DNA of 64,000 nucleotides from Bilabrum cf. latius (Eukaryota), in assembly GCA_965178125.1 (NCBI GenBank), contig OZ237777.1, forward strand, positions 62,001 through 126,000, read 5' to 3'. The notes beneath the pieces were generated by a model. That model was not told the origin of the DNA. It ran no database searches and was given only the letters and a program-made list of their open reading frames with translations. Within the stretch, counting starts at the first letter, position 1. The number at the start of each line of letters is the position of its first letter. Positions 12,651 to 27,450 of the stretch are shown here, piece by piece. Position numbers and translations under genes: made by a program.

Positions 12651-14959
12651 GCTTTGAATCATCCAGCGTACGCCTCTTCTAGTAACGTAGACTTGAATCC
12701 ATCGTAGAATGATTACATTTGCCAACAACCATGAATATATGGATTTGACGTGGTGAGCACAGCGAGCCTGTCCAACCTGGTCTGCTTCAGGACGGCTGGG
12801 TGCGTCTTAGATGCCTAGTCTAAAAACGATACCAATGATAGCCCTTCGTCCACGCGTATGGCCGAATGAGTACCTAGATGACCAGGAGTTACCGTGGGGC
12901 GGGCACCAGGTGCTGGCTGCACGGCATCGTAGGGACCGTACAGAGTTGATGGATCTGTGGCATACTTAATCGTTATCTACCCTGCCGGGTACAGTTGCTG
13001 AGAAAGACGGCGACAGTGATGGTGTGGGCTGGCCCTCCGCCAGCACCACCACAGGGCGGCCGCCCTCGGCCCGCCCTCACCTCCACCCATCATGTCGTCG
13101 AAGGGAACGTGAGCTCCCTACCGGCAGGTATCAATTCAATCAGTACAAACCAAACAAAATAAACTCCATATGCGCTGTGCTGAGTCCCGTAGTCCCGAAT
13201 CCCCTGCATCGCCTTTGGCGTGATGGGTGGTGCTCCACTTGTGGTATCACCTATTGTGCAGCTCACGGGTGGGTGGGTCAACTTCAGCTATAACATCCGT
13301 TGTGCGCCTCGTGCACTAGGTATCAGTTACCTTGTGCCGAAGATTTATATCTTTTGCGCTACTTATTGCGCGTGCTCCCAAAAGGGTGCCAGATTCCAGG
13401 GCCACTCTCCACGGTCCGATCAAACCGGAACTCTCCGCGCGCTCCGACTCCCAATTTGAAACAGACCGTACTAGTTGATGGATCTGTGGCATACTTAATC
13501 GTTATCTACCCTGCCGGGTACAGTTGCTGAGAAAGACGGCGACAGTGATGGTGTGGGCTGGCCCTCCGCCAGCACCACCACAGGGCGGCCGCCCTCGGCC
13601 TGCCCTCACCACTTTGATTTGTTGTTGATCGGGCGTGTGTTGGTCGATCGGGTGTTGCCAGTCTGACTCAGGTGATCGTGTACGCTCGGTCTGCTGCGCG
13701 GAACGCGTATTGACGTCGATGGCCAGGTGGCGTGGTCCTCGCCACTGCAGTAGGCCTAGTCGTCGGGCTCGATCTGCTTCCAATTTATGTTGCCTGTCTC
13801 CGCATGACCTCCTCGGCACCTCGCGTGCAGTGCTGCTGAGCCATCCAAGCGTAATTTGTGCGCGTCATGATGCGCTCCGCTTCAGTCCTGTGGGGTCGCG
13901 CTCCGGTACTATTTCCGGATCCTAGCCCAATCTTCGGGTGCCAGCTCAACCATCCCACACTCGTACCCGAACGGATTTACAGATGTTAAGTTAGGCATCC
14001 GACTGGCCAACTTGTGCGGAACGTGCAAATTCGCTCGTGGGCTTTGTTCGGGCATGAATGCCCTTGGGGCGTGGCGGTTCAATTTGGGCTGATGGGCGCC
14101 CGGAGTGGATCCCCGGTGCCCGTTTAGTTGCTGCCGTTGTCGCAGGTGCCCTAAGGTACAGGGTGTACTACAGTTGCACGTAAACAGTCAATGCGCCTTG
14201 ACTCCGATGAGGTGGTGAAGAAACCGACAAGAACGTCGGGAAAGAAACACCTGCCCTCCGACCCGCCCTTCTCAACCGTAGTTGAGGTGACGAGTATTCG
14301 AGTGCATAGACTATGACCAGGAGTGCTGGCTACAGCAGTCTGATTGTAGCTTGACGCGTCATCTCGGTCCCATGTTCGATAGGGGTGGGAAACCCAAGAG
14401 AACCTTGTGGCGTCGGTTAGATGGAAGGGGGCGACGTCCGCCCCTCCAATCCTGGGCGCTGTGCCTGACACGAGAACACGTCACGTGCCGGGTCAGCAGG
14501 CCGTTGTTGATGAATGTTGGCGCGGTGGAATCCTCTCCTGCGGCATCACCCCCGTCGGTGTCAGCTGATACCTCGCCGTGTGATTGAAGTAGCATGTCCG
14601 TTGTAACGGTCCCCGCAGCTCCAAACCTAGCCGCCGCCGATCCCCCCTCCATTCGTGATGAAGGGGTCAGAGTCGGAGCAACCGGGAGAGGGGCATACGA
14701 GACACCTGGGGCACACAGCAACAATCTATCACGACGAGCCGGTACAGATGACTGATGTCAATCTGCCCTCGCGGCTACGGCTGCAACCACTTCGTCGACA
14801 GAGAGCGGGGTCGAGGCCTATCGCTTCCTCTCTGCCCGGTGGGCCGCGCTCGGAACTGAGCTGACTAACGATGATGATGAGACATGGTGAAGACTCCTCG
14901 TCGCGCCACAAAGTACCCGATGGATACGTCCGCAAAAATGATGTTATCACTTCCAGTTT

Positions 14960-17900
14960 GGCGGCCAGGACAAGCAGCAGTCTCACTGCGAGCCCAGCCT
15001 GCCTCTTGGTCATCCAAGCCGGCGCAAGCCAGAGACACGTGCACAGCATTGTGTCCCTCACATCACCAAGGCAAGCACCAGCGAGACTCAGGCGGCCAGG
15101 ACAAGCAGCAGTCTCACTGCGAGCCCAGCCTGCCTCTTGGTCATCCAAGCCGGCGCAAGCCAGAGACACGTGCACAGCATTGTGTCCCATATCACCAAGG
15201 CAAGCACCAGCGAGACTCAGGCGGCCAGGACAAGCAGCAGTCTCACTGCGAGCCCAGCCTGCCTCTTGGTCATCCAAGCCGGCGCAAGCCAGAGACACGT
15301 GCACAGCATTGTGTCCCATATCACCAAGGCAAGCACCAGCGAGACTCAGGCGGCCAGGACAAGCAGCAGTCTCACTGCGAGCCCAGCCTGCCTCTTGGTC
15401 ATCCAAGCCGGCGCAAGCCAGAGACACGTGCACAGCATTGTGTCCCATATCACCAAGGCAAGCACCAGCGAGACTCAGGCGGCCAGGACAAGCAGCAGTC
15501 TCACTGCGAGCCCAGCCTGCCTCTTGGTCGTCCAAGCCGGCGCAAGCCAGAGACACGTGCACAGCATTGTGTCCCCAATTCACCAAGGCAAGCACCAGCG
15601 AGACTCAGGCGGTCAGGACAAGCAGCAGTCTCACTGCGAGCCCAGCCTGCCTCTTGGTCATCCAAGTCGGCGCAAGCCAGAGACACGTGCACAGCATTGT
15701 GTCCCCAATTCACCAAGGCAAGCACCAGCGAGACTCAGGCGGTCAGGACAAGCAGCAGTCTCACTGCGAGCCCAGCCTGCCTCTTGGTCATCCAAGCCGG
15801 CGCAAGCCAGAGACACGTGCACAGCATTGTGTCCCTCACATCACCAAGGCAAGCACCAGCGAGACTCAGGCGGCCAGGACAAGCAGCGGTCTCACTGCGA
15901 GCCCAGCTTGCCTCTTGGTCATCCAAGCCGGCGCAAGCCAGAGACACGTGCACAGCATTGTGTCCCTCACATCACCAAGGCAAGCACCAGCGAGACTCAG
16001 GCGGCCAGGACAAGCAGCAGTCTCACTGCGAGCCCAGCCTGCCTCTTGGTCCTCCAAGCCGGCGCAAGCCAGAGACACGTGCACAGCATTGTGTCCCTCA
16101 CATCACCAAGGCAAGCATCAGCGAGACTCAGGCGGTCAGGACAAGCAGCAGTCTCACTGCGAGCCCAGCCTGCCTCTTGGTCATCCAAGCCGGCGCAAGC
16201 CAGAGACACGTGCACAGCATTGTGTCCCTCACATCACCAAGGCAAGCACCAGCGAGACTCAGGCGGCCAGGACAAGCAGCAGTCTCACTGCGAGCCCAGC
16301 CTGCCTCTTGGTCCTCCAAGCCGGCGCAAGCCAGAGACACGTGCACAGCATTGTGTCCCTCACATCACCAAGGCAAGCACCAGCGAGACTCAGGCGGCCA
16401 GGACAAGCAGCAGTCTCACTGCGAGCCCAGCCTGCCTCTTGGTCATCCAAGCCGGCGCAAGCCAGAGACACGTGCACAGCATTGTGTCCCTCACATCACC
16501 AAGGCAAGCACCAGCGAGACTCAGGCGGCCAGGACAAGCAGCAGTCTCACTGCGAGCCCAGCCTGCCTCGTGGTCATCCAAGCCGGCGCAAGCCAGAGAC
16601 ACGTGCACAGCAGTGTGACCCTAATATCACCAAGGCAAGCACCAGCGAGACTCGGGCGGCCAGGACAAGCAGCAGTCTCACTGCGAGCCCAGCCTGCCTC
16701 TTGGTCATCCAAGCCAGCGCAAGCCAGAGACACGTGTACAGCATTGTGTCCCATATCACCAAGGCAAGCACCAGCGAGACTCAGGCGGCCAGGACAAGCA
16801 GCAGTCTCACTGCGAGCCCAGCCTGCCTCTTGGTCCTCCAAGCCGGCGCAAGCCAGAGACACGTGCACAGTATTGTGTCCCATATCACCAAGGCAAGCAC
16901 CAGCGAGACTCAGGCGGCCAGGACAAGCAGCAGTCTCACTGCGAGCCCAGCCTGCCTCTTGGTCATCCAAGCCGGCGCAAGCCAGAGACACGTGTACAGC
17001 ATTGTGTCCCTCACATCACCAAGGCAAGCACCAGCGAGACTCAGGCGGCCAGGACAAGCAGCAGTCTCACTGCGAGCCCAGCCTGCCTCTTGGTCATCCA
17101 AGCCGGCGCAAGCCAGAGACACGTGCACAGTATTGTGTCCCATATCACCAAGGCAAGCACCAGCGAGACTCAGGCGGCCAGGACAAGCAGCAGTCTCACT
17201 GCGAGCCCAGCCTGCCTCTTGGTCATCCAAGCCGGCGCAAGCCAGAGACACGTGTACAGCATTGTGTCCCATATCACCAAGGCAAGCACCAGCGAGACTC
17301 AGGCGGCCAGGACAAGCAGCAGTCTCACTGCGAGCCCAGCCTGCCTCTTGGTCCTCCAAGCCGGCGCAAGTCAGAGACACGTGCACAGCATTGTGTCCCA
17401 TATCACCAAGGCAAGCACCAGCGAGACTCAGGCGGCCAGGACAAGCAGCAGTCTCACTGCGAGCCCAGCCTGCCTCTTGGTCGTCCAAGCCGGCGCAAGC
17501 CAGAGACACGTGCACAGCATTGTGACCATAATATACCAAGGCAAGCACCAGCGAGACTCGGGCGGCCAGGACAAGCAGCAGTCTCACTGCGAGCCCAGCC
17601 TGCCTCTTGGTCCTCCAAGCCGGCGCAAGCCAGAGACACGTGCACAGCATTGTGTCCCTCACATCACCAAGGCAAGCATCAGCGAGACTCAGGCGGTCAG
17701 GACAAGCAGCAGTCTCACTGCGAGCCCAGCCTGCCTCTTGGTCATCCAAGCCAGCGCAAGCCAGAGACACGTGCACAGCATTGTGTCCCATATCACCAAG
17801 GCAAGCACCAGCGAGACTCAGGCGGTCAGGACAAGCAGCGGTCTCACTGCGAGCCCAGCCTGCCTCTTGGTCATCCAAGCCGGCGCAAGCCAGAGACACG

Positions 17901-20900
17901 TGTACAGCATTGTGTCCCTCACATCACCAAGGCAAGCACCAGCGAGACTCAGGCGGCCAGGACAAGCAGCAGTCTCACTGCGAGCCCAGCCTGCCTCTTG
18001 GTCATCCAAGCCGGCGCAAGCCAGAGACACGTGCACAGCATTGTGACCCTAATATCACCAAGGCAAGCACCAGCGAGACTCGGGCGGCCAGGACAAGCAG
18101 CAGTCTCACTGCGAGCCCAGCCTGCCTCTTGGTCATCCAAGTCTGCGCAAGCTAGAGACACGTGCACAGCATTGTGACCCTAATATCACCAAGGCAAGCA
18201 CCAGCGAGACTCAGGCGGCCAGGACAAGCAGCAGTCTCACTGCGAGCACAGCCTGCCTCTTGGTCATCCAAGCCGGCGCAAGCCAGAGACACGTGCACAG
18301 CATTGTGTCCCTCACATCACCAAGGCAAGCACCAGCGAGACTCAGGCGGCCAGGACAAGCAGCAGTCTCACTGCGAGCCCAGCCTGCCTCTTGGTCATCC
18401 AAGCCGGCGCAAGCCAGAGACACGTGCACAGCAGTGTGACCCTAATATCACCAAGGCAAGCACCAGCGAGACTCAGGCGGCCAGGACAAGCAGCAGTCTC
18501 ACTGCGAGCCCAGCCTGCCTCTTGGTCGTCCAAGCCGGCGCAAGCCAGAGACACGTGCACAGCATTGTGTCCCCAATTCACCAAGGCAAGCACCAGCGAG
18601 ACTCAGGCGGTCAGGACAAGCAGCAGTCTCACTGCGAGCCCAGCCTGCCTCTTGGTCATCCAAGTCGGCGCAAGCCAGAGACACGTGCACAGCATTGTGT
18701 CCCATATCACCAAGGCAAGCACCAGCGAGACTCAGGCGGCCAGGACAAGCAGCAGTCTCACTGCGAGCCCAGCCTGCCTCTTGGTCGTCCAAGCCGGCGC
18801 AAGCCAGAGACACGTGCACAGCATTGTGTCCCCAATTCACCAAGGCAAGCACCAGCGAGACTCAGGCGGTCAGGACAAGCAGCAGTCTCACTGCGAGCCC
18901 AGCCTGCCTCTTGGTCATCCAAGTCGGCGCAAGCCAGAGACACGTGCACAGCATTGTGTCCCCAATTCACCAAGGCAAGCACCAGCGAGACTCAGGCGGC
19001 CAGGACAAGCAGCAGTCTCACTGCGAGCCCAGCCTGCCTCTTGGTCATCCAAGCCGGCGCAAGCCAGAGACACGTGCACAGCATTGTGTCCCTCACATCA
19101 CCAAGGCAAGCACCAGCGAGACTCAGGCGGCCAGGACAAGCAGCGGTCTCACTGCGAGCCCAGCTTGCCTCTTGGTCATCCAAGCCGGCGCAAGCCAGAG
19201 ACACGTGCACAGCATTGTGTCCCTCACATCACCAAGGCAAGCACCAGCGAGACTCAGGCGGCCAGGACAAGCAGCAGTCTCACTGCGAGCCCAGCTTGCC
19301 TCTTGGTCATCCAAGCCGGCGCAAGCCAGAGACACGTGCACAGCATTGTCTCCCCAATTCACCAAGGCAAGCACCAGCGAGACTCAGGCGGCCAGGACAA
19401 GCAGCAGTCTGACTGCGAGCCCAGCCTGCCTCTTGGTCATCCAAGCCGGCGCAAGCCAGAGACACGTGCACAGCATTGTGTCCCTCACATCACCAAGGCA
19501 AGCATCAGCGAGACTCAGGCGGTCAGGACAAGCAGCAGTCTCACTGCGAGCCCAGCCTGCCTCTTGGTCATCCAAGCCGGCGCAAGCCAGAGACACGTGC
19601 ACAGCATTGTGTCCCTCACATCACCAAGGCAAGCACCAGCGAGACTCAGGCGGCCAGGACAAGCAGCAGTCTCACTGCGAGCCCAGCCTGCCTCTTGGTC
19701 CTCCAAGCCGGCGCAAGCCAGAGACACGTGCACAGCATTGTGTCCCTCACATCACCAAGGCAAGCACCAGCGAGACTCAGGCGGCCAGGACAAGCAGCAG
19801 TCTCACTGCGAGCCCAGCTTGCCTCTTGGTCATCCAAGCCGGCGCAAGCCAGAGACACGTGCACAGCATTGTGTCCCTCACATCACCAAGGCAAGCACCA
19901 GCGAGACTCAGGCGGCCAGGACAAGCAGCAGTCTCACTGCGAGCCCAGCCTGCCTCTTGGTCATCCAAGCCGGCGCAAGCCAGAGACACGTGCACAGCAT
20001 TGTGTCCCTAATATCACCAAGGCAAGCACCAGCGAGACTCAGGCGGCCAGGACAAGCAGCAGTCTCACTGCGAGCCCAGCCTGCTTGTTGGTCATCCAAG
20101 CCGGCGCAAGCCAGAGACACGTGCACAGCAGTGTGACCCTAATATCACCAAGGCAAGCACCAGCGAGACTCGGGCGGCCAGGACAAGCAGCAGTCTCACT
20201 GCGAGCCCAGCCTGCCTCTTGGTCATCCAAGCCAGCGCAAGCCAGAGACACGTGTACAGCATTGTGTCCCATATCACCAAGGCAAGCACCAGCGAGACTC
20301 AGGCGGCCAGGACAAGCAGCAGTCTCACTGCGAGCACAGCCTGCCTCTTGGTCATCCAAGCCGGCGCAAGCCAGAGACACGTGCAAAGAATTGTGTCCCT
20401 CACATCACCAAGGCAAGCACCAGCGAGACTCAGGCGGCCAGGACAAGCAGCAGTCTCACTGCGAGCCCAGCCTGCCTCTTGGTCATCCAAGCCGGCGCAA
20501 GCCAGAGACACGTGCAAAGAATTGTGTCCCTCACATCACCAAGGCAAGCACCAGCGAGACTCAGGCGGCCAGGACAAGCAGCAGTCTCACTGCGAGCCCA
20601 GCCTGCCTCTTGGTCATCCAAGCCGGCGCAAGCCAGAGACACGTGCACAGTATTGTGTCCCATATCACCAAGGCAAGCACCAGCGAGACTCAGGCGGCCA
20701 GGACAAGCAGCAGTCTCACTGCGAGCCCAGCCTGCCTCTTGGTCATCCAAGCCGGCGCAAGCCAGAGACACGTGTACAGCATTGTGTCCCATATCACCAA
20801 GGCAAGCACCAGCGAGACTCAGGCGGCCAGGACAAGCAGCAGTCTCACTGCGAGCCCAGCCTGCCTCTTGGTCATCCAAGCCGGCGCAAGCCAGAGACAC

Positions 20901-21548
20901 GTGCACAGTATTGTGTCCCATATCACCAAGGCAAGCACCAGCGAGACTCAGGCGGCCAGGACAAGCAGCAGTCTCACTGCGAGCCCAGCCTGCCTCTTGG
21001 TCGTCCAAACCGGCGCAAGCCAGAGACACGTGCACAGCATTGTGACCATAATATACCAAGGCAAGCACCAGCGAGACTCGGGCGGCCAGGACAAGCAGCA
21101 GTCTCACTGCGAGCCCAGCCTGCCTCTTGGTCCTCCAAGCCGGCGCAAGCCAGAGACACGTGCACAGCATTGTGTCCCTCACATCACCAAGGCAAGCATC
21201 AGCTAGACTCAGGCGGTCAGGACAAGCAGCAGTCTCACTGCGAGCCCAGCCTGCCTCTTGGTCATCCAAGCCAGCGCAAGCCAGAGACACGTGCACAGCA
21301 TTGTGTCCCATATCACCAAGGCAAGCACCAGCGAGACTCAGGCGGTCAGGACAAGCAGCGGTCTCACTGCGAGCCCAGCCTGCCTCTTGGTCATCCAAGT
21401 CGGCGCAAGCCAGAGACACGTGCACAGCATTGTGACCCTAATATCACCAAGGCAAGCACCAGCGAGACTCGGGCGGCCAGGACAAGCAGCAGTCTCACTG
21501 CGAGCCCAGCCTGCCTCTTGGTCATCCAAGTCGGCGCAAGCTAGAGAC
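14960..21548. repeat. 129-131-bp satellite, left part (about 50 units)
   Basis: Unit ccaaggcaagcaccagcgagactcaggcggccaggacaagc...gcacagcattgtgtcc plus a variable junction (cccatatc / ccctcacatc / ccccaattc / gaccctaatatc). Confidence 0.97.
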
Positions 21549-22589
21549 CGGTAAGACTTGGGATCAGGCCCGACTGATTCCGAGTCGTTCGGGTCCTGGT
21601 TTGTGCTCCCGAGGCACTTCCCTTGAGGCAAGTGCTCGAGTGGAGGCTGAGACGCAACACGCAGCGCCACAGATATAAAGATCTGGGCACTGGAGTTCTG
21701 TTGAAAGGTGGTGCCCACGAATTCTCTGGAATTTACCGACTGTTGGCCACCGACGGGTCCGAAATGCCAACACTCACGCTGCAACTCAACGCCATGCGTA
21801 CTCGCCTGCTTAGCGTATCACTCTTAGTGCGAATGTTGGTTTGAACTATTAACGAACTATTGGAGGGCGTACAAAGTGCGGCCGGTAGCGAGTTCCCGGG
21901 GTATCTGAAGTTAACCGCAAAATTTTGACCCGGCTCGTGCCGCATCCGTGACGGCCTGGGAGCCGCAGCCGCAGCCAAGCTTACCTTTTGTGGATGCAAG
22001 GAAGCACTAGCGGAACCGGAATGCGCGTATAAGTCATGCGAGACCGCGGACCAGGCACAGCAACGCCGGCGAGATCATTTTCTCGTCAGCATGGCTCCCA
22101 CTCTAGTTCTCTTCACAGAAATGAGCTCGAAACCACGGCCACAGGCGGTAGCAGCCATGGTCGACTCTTTCCCTAAGCTAGGGCGGTCCGCCGAAGGCGA
22201 CGAGTCGCCACTGATGGTGCGGGTGTTCCGGTGGACCATGCTCGACGGCACGCCAACAGGTGCGCAGCTAGCGTGCGACCTCCTCCAGATGACGGCGATG
22301 CGGCACCTCATCAGCCTGCAGAACGCGGCAATAACTGGGGCAGTGGATACGGCGGCAGCCACCGGGTGGCCGAGGCGAACGGCACCCACGGAGTAGGCGC
22401 CCGGCGGGCCTGACGTGTCGAGCACGGACGCCGTAGAGCTGGAGGACATCAAACCGTAGTGCTGGAGGAGGCCCAGCTCGTGAAGTATCTGGTGGCTGCC
22501 AGCCTCGAGCTCTCCGCATCGTGGAACTTCTCAATCGCGCAGGAGAAGGCGGAGGCAGCGGCGCCCGGTGCAGGAAGTGGCGCAAGGAG

Positions 22590-25150
22590 AGTGCTCCGAC
22601 GTCGCCGCGCCACTACTCCGGTAGCGGCAGCAGTGGGGTACCCTCGGGCGCTGAGGTTGTAGCTGGATCAAGCAGGAGAGCGTGACCTACACCCGTGCGC
22701 CAGATTCCGCTGCTGAACGTGCCAAGGCGACGCTGGCTGCCAGACGTGGGGCCAGCCGCATCGCCGCGACACAAGTACTTGGCCGGGGCGGGGCCTCAGG
22801 TAGTGCTTCTTCGTCATCGTCTTCCAGCTCCGTTCCTAGAAGGGATATAGCCGACAGTAGGGGGAAAGATGGGCCTGGACTCACACTCCTACCGTCGAGC
22901 GGGTCCCACGCTGGGGTGGCTGTGCGGCACTTACGGGCCCCGCCCAGCTCTGCTTTGCGTACAACCGATCAACTCTCGGGAGACCTATTGGCTGCCTCTC
23001 CTTCAGCCCCGGATGTGCGTCTGCCCTCTTATAGGGCAGATCTGCCGGGGCCTCGGGGGTTGACGCCGTAGGCTCTATTCAACGAGGGCTCGCCGGTGGG
23101 AAACAGGCAGAGGTATCTGATGGGGATGACGACGAGGGGGCAGCAGACTCTGCGGCTGGTGAGAGCCGAGCACATCGTGGTGTAGACTCTGCGGCTGGTG
23201 AGTGCAGCGCCATCTTGGGTTTACTTGGGATGGCGTGGTCTTGATGGCACCAGCGTGCGCCTGCTGCGGACCGCCGTGCTGTGGATGTCAGCCTGGCGAG
23301 CCCTTGGCGGGTCGCTTTGCGTCATCTAGTAGATCGACTTGGGCTTGATTGGTCTTCAGAACGCCAGTGTGCGCCTGCCATAGACTGTCTTGCTGTGGAG
23401 GGCAGCTTGGCGAGCCGGTGGGAAGGGCACCCACGGAGTGCAGGTGCTCGGCGGGCCTGACGTGTCGGGCTCAAGGCGCAGTCAAGCTGCAGGACGTGCA
23501 GACCGTGGTGATGGAGGAGGCCATACTCGCAAATGATGTAGTGGCCGCCGTCCTCGAGCTTTCCGCAGCGGGGAAATCCTCCATAGCGCAAAAACGAAAG
23601 CGGCGGCAGCAGCGCCCGGTTCAGGAGGGACGCCGACGTGGGCGGGGAGAGTGCTCCGACGTCGCCGGCGCCACTACTCCGGTAGCGGCAGCAGTGGGGT
23701 ACCCTCGGGCGCTGAGGTTGTAGCTGGATCAAGCAGGAGAGCATGACCTACACCCGTGAGCCAGATTCCGCTGCTGAACGTGCCAAGGCGACGCTGGCTG
23801 CCGGAGGTGGGGCCAGCCGTATCGCCGCGACACAAGTACTTGGCCGGGGCGGGGCCTCAGGTAGTGCTTCTTCGTCATCGTCTTCCAGCTCCGTTCCTAG
23901 AAGGGATATAGCCGACAGTAGGGGGAAAGATGGGCTTGGACCCACACTCCTACCGTCGAGCGGGTCCCACGCTGGGGTGGCTGTGCGGCCCTTACGAGCC
24001 CCGCCCAGCTCTGCTTTGCGTACAACCGATCAACTCTCGGGAGACCTATTGGCTGCCTCTCCTTCAGCCCCGGATGTGCGTCTGCCCTCTTATAGGGCAG
24101 ATCTGCCGGGGCCTCGGGGGTTGACGCCGTAGGCTCTATTCAACGAGGGCTCGCCGGTGGGAAACAGGCAGAGGTATCTGATGGGGATGACGACGAGGGG
24201 GCAGCAGACTCTGCGGCTGGTGAGAGCCGAGCACATCGTGGTGTAGACTCTGCGGCTGGTGAGTGCAGCGCCATCTTGGGTTTACTTGGGAGGACGTGGT
24301 CTTGATGGCACCAGCGTGCGCCTGCTGCGGACCGCCGTGCTGTGGATGTCAGCCTGGCGAGCCCTTGGCGGGTCGCTTTGCGTCATCTAGTAGATCGACT
24401 TGGGCTTGATTGGTCTTCAGAACGCCAGTGTGCGCCTGCCATAGACTGTCTAGGGTACCCACGGAGTGCGGGCGCCCGGCGGGCCTGACGTGTCGGGCAC
24501 ACGCAGTAAAGCTGGAGGACGCGCAAACCGGAGTGATAGAGGAGGCCACACTCACGACGGGGCTGGTGGCCGCCGCGCTCGAGGCCTCCGTAGCAGCAGT
24601 GTTATACCGTTGAGCGCTGAGGTTGTAGCTGGATCAAGCAGGAGAGCGTGACCTACACCCGTGAGCCAGATTCCGCTGCTGAACGTGCCAAGGCGACGCT
24701 GGCTGCCAGACGTGGGGCCAGCCGCATCGCCGCGACACAAGTACTTGGCCGGGGCGGGGCCTCAGGTAATGCTTCTTCGTCATCGTCTTCCAGCTCCGTT
24801 CCTAGAAGGGATATAGCCGACAGTAGGGGGAAAGATGGGCTTGGACCCACACTCCTACCGTCGAGCGGGTCCCACGCTGGGGTGGCTGTGCGGCACTTAC
24901 GAGCCCCGCCCAGCTCTGCTTTGCGTACAACCGATCAACTCTCGGGAGACCTATTGGCTGCCTCTCCTTCAGCCCCGGGTGTGCGTCTGCCCTCTTATAG
25001 GGCAGATCTGCCGAGGCCTCGGGGGTTGACGCCGTAGGCTCTATTCAACGAGGGCTCGCCGGTGGGAAACAGGCAGAGGTATCTGATGGGGATGACGACG
25101 AGGGGGCAGCAGACTCTGCGGCTGGTGAGTGCCGAGCACATCGTGGTGCA
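22590..25150 (+). repeat. Internal triplication (~0.9-1.06 kb period) of the ORF1-like region of the inner element
   Basis: The MTYTRxPDSAAERAKATLAA... block recurs at 22682, 23743 and 24648 with diverged upstream parts. Confidence 0.9.
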
Positions 25151-26290
25151 GACTCAGCGGCTAGTGAGAGCCGAGCACATCGTGGTGCAGGCCCGGCGGC
25201 TAGTGAGAGAAGCGCACATCGGGGTGCAGACTCTGCGGCTGGTGAGAGCCGAGCACATCGTAGTGCAGGCTCGGCGGCTGCTGTGAGCAGCGCGCCTCGC
25301 TGTAGATGCCAGCTGCCTCTCCTCCCGCTCCGGATGTGCGTCTTGCCCTCTTTAGGGCAGCTCTGCCGAGGCGACTAGGGTTGACGCCGTAGGCTCTATT
25401 CAACGAGGGCTCGCCGGTGGGAAGCAGGCAGAGGTATCTGATGGGGATGACGACGAGGAGACTCTGCGGCTAAGGTGAGCAGAGCATATCGTGGTGCAGG
25501 CCCGGCGGCTGGTGAGAGCAGAGCACATCGTGGTGCAGACTATGAGGCTGGTGAGAGCAGAGCACATCGTGGTGCAGACTCTGCGGCTGCTGTGAGCAGA
25601 GCACATCGTAGTGCAGACTCAGCGGCTGGTGTGAGCAGAGCACATCGTGGTGCAGACTATGAGGCTGGTGAGAGCAGAGCACATCGTGGTGCAGACTCTG
25701 CGGCTGCTGTGAGCAGAGCACATCGTGGTGCGGACTCAGCGGCTGGTGTGAGCAGAGCACATCGTGGTGCAGACTCAGCGGCTGGTGTGAGCAGAGCATT
25801 TCGTAGTGCAGGCTCGGCGGCTGCTGTGAGCAGCGCGCCTCGCTGTAGATGCCAGCTGCCTCTCCTCCCGCTCCGGATGTGCGTCTTGCCCTCTTATAGG
25901 GCAGCTCTGCCGAGGCGACTAGGGTTGACGCCGTAGGCTCTATTCAACGAGGGCTCGCCGGTGGGAAACGGGCAGAGGTATCTGATGGTGATGACGACGA
26001 GGAGACTCTGCGGCTAAGGTGAGCAGAGCACATCGTGGTGCAGGCCCGGCGGCTGGTGAGAGCAGAGCACATCGTGGTGCAGACTCAGCGGCTGGTGTGA
26101 GCAGAGCACATCGTGGTGCAGACTCTGCGGCTGCTGTGAGCAGAGCACATCGTGGTGCAGGCCCGGCGGCTGGTGAGAGCAGAGCACATCGTGGTGCAGA
26201 CTCTGCGGCTGGTGAGAGCCGAGCACATCGTGGTGCAGACTATGAGGCTGGTGAGAGCAGAGCACATCGTGGTGCAGACTCTGAGGCTGG
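25110..26290 (+). repeat. 39-41-bp minisatellite blocks inside the inner element
   Basis: gagcagagcacatcgtggtgcagactctgcggctggtga variants occur in three blocks separated by a duplicated ~180-bp spacer. Confidence 0.9.
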
Positions 26291-26529
26291 AGGGATCAGA
26301 GTGCATTATGGGTATACTTGCTCTTGCTGGGGCTTGATGGCGCATGTGCGCGCCTGCCAGTGGCCGCCTTGCTGTCAAAGTCAGCCAGGCGAGCCGGGGT
26401 GGGCTGCTTCGCGTCGGCTGCCACAGAGTTGGGCTTGCTTGGTCTCGATGGCGCTTGGGTGCGCCTGCCATACGCTGCAGTGCGGTTGATGTCAGCCTGG
26501 CGAGCCGGCGCGAGTGGCTTCGCGTCGTC

Positions 26530-27450
26530 CAGTAGGTAGACTGTTGATAGACTTCGGCCCCAACGGCACCACGATTGCGGAGGCGATCAAGAATCTTGAC
26601 CGGATCCCTGCCCATATGGTGCTGCGCATGGAGCGCGGCAATCTCCAGGGCTCCACGCTCAGGTCAACCTTCTCCACGTGTCGAGATATATCGACGTGAC
26701 GGGCTGCATCTCCATCCCCCGACACATCCGGAACGACCAACACGGTGATGGTAGGCAGGGACAAGAGGCTGCACGACGTGGGCAACCGGAAGAAGCGTGC
26801 TCCCATCATCTAGATGGAGCACCGCAATGGTCACAGACGGCGGGCCCAAGGCGGGCAAACCCGAAGAGATCCTTGCCCTCGAGGCTCCACTAGTGGGCAT
26901 CGGCGGCACGTGTCGCGGCAACGAGCTGCGGTCCCGGACCATGGATGACGCGAGTATGATGTACAAGGGCAAGTGCACATATATGGCCATGTTCTCTCTC
27001 TGGAAGACAACAGCTGTAAGGGACACGCTGTAGGCAGTGCTCATCCCAATGGGCCAGACCGCACTGAAGCGACTGGACGAGGTGCATCAGCGAACCACGA
27101 TCTGGGGGACATTGCAGTAGACTAGCCGGCTGCGGCGACGACCCTGCTGACTCCAAGACCTATCGGTTCGTGAATTCGGACGCCAAGACAACAAAGCGTT
27201 GGTAAGCAAGCTGGACGACAGCCATCAGGAGGATGATGGAGGCGTACTGCACGGGCACGAGCGAGATCACGGAGTCCTTCAGCACGCACTCTAGGCGAAC
27301 AGGCAACAGTTGCCGCCGTGGGTGTTATGTACAAGCACGCCGACTGGAAGTCGTTGGAGAATGCCGTGTACTGCATGAGCAAGGACCACTTGCCCAAGCT
27401 GGCTGTGGCGTTCAAGAAGGCAGTAGCGGAGCTCTAAGGAATGAGTCAGA
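26530..27450 (+). pseudogene. Tyrosine recombinase (DIRS/Ngaro type), frameshifted
   Basis: Motifs in order across frames: LVGIGGTCRGNELRSRTMDD (box I R), FSLWKTT (K), FSTHSRRTG (HxxR), KHADWKSLENAVY (W...Y). It lies just upstream of B1, as expected. Confidence 0.75.

Noticed and set aside
13610-14960. YR or RT remnant in the unique part of the outer element
   Set aside because: I could not find convincing catalytic motifs in the frames I read, so it is left unannotated.
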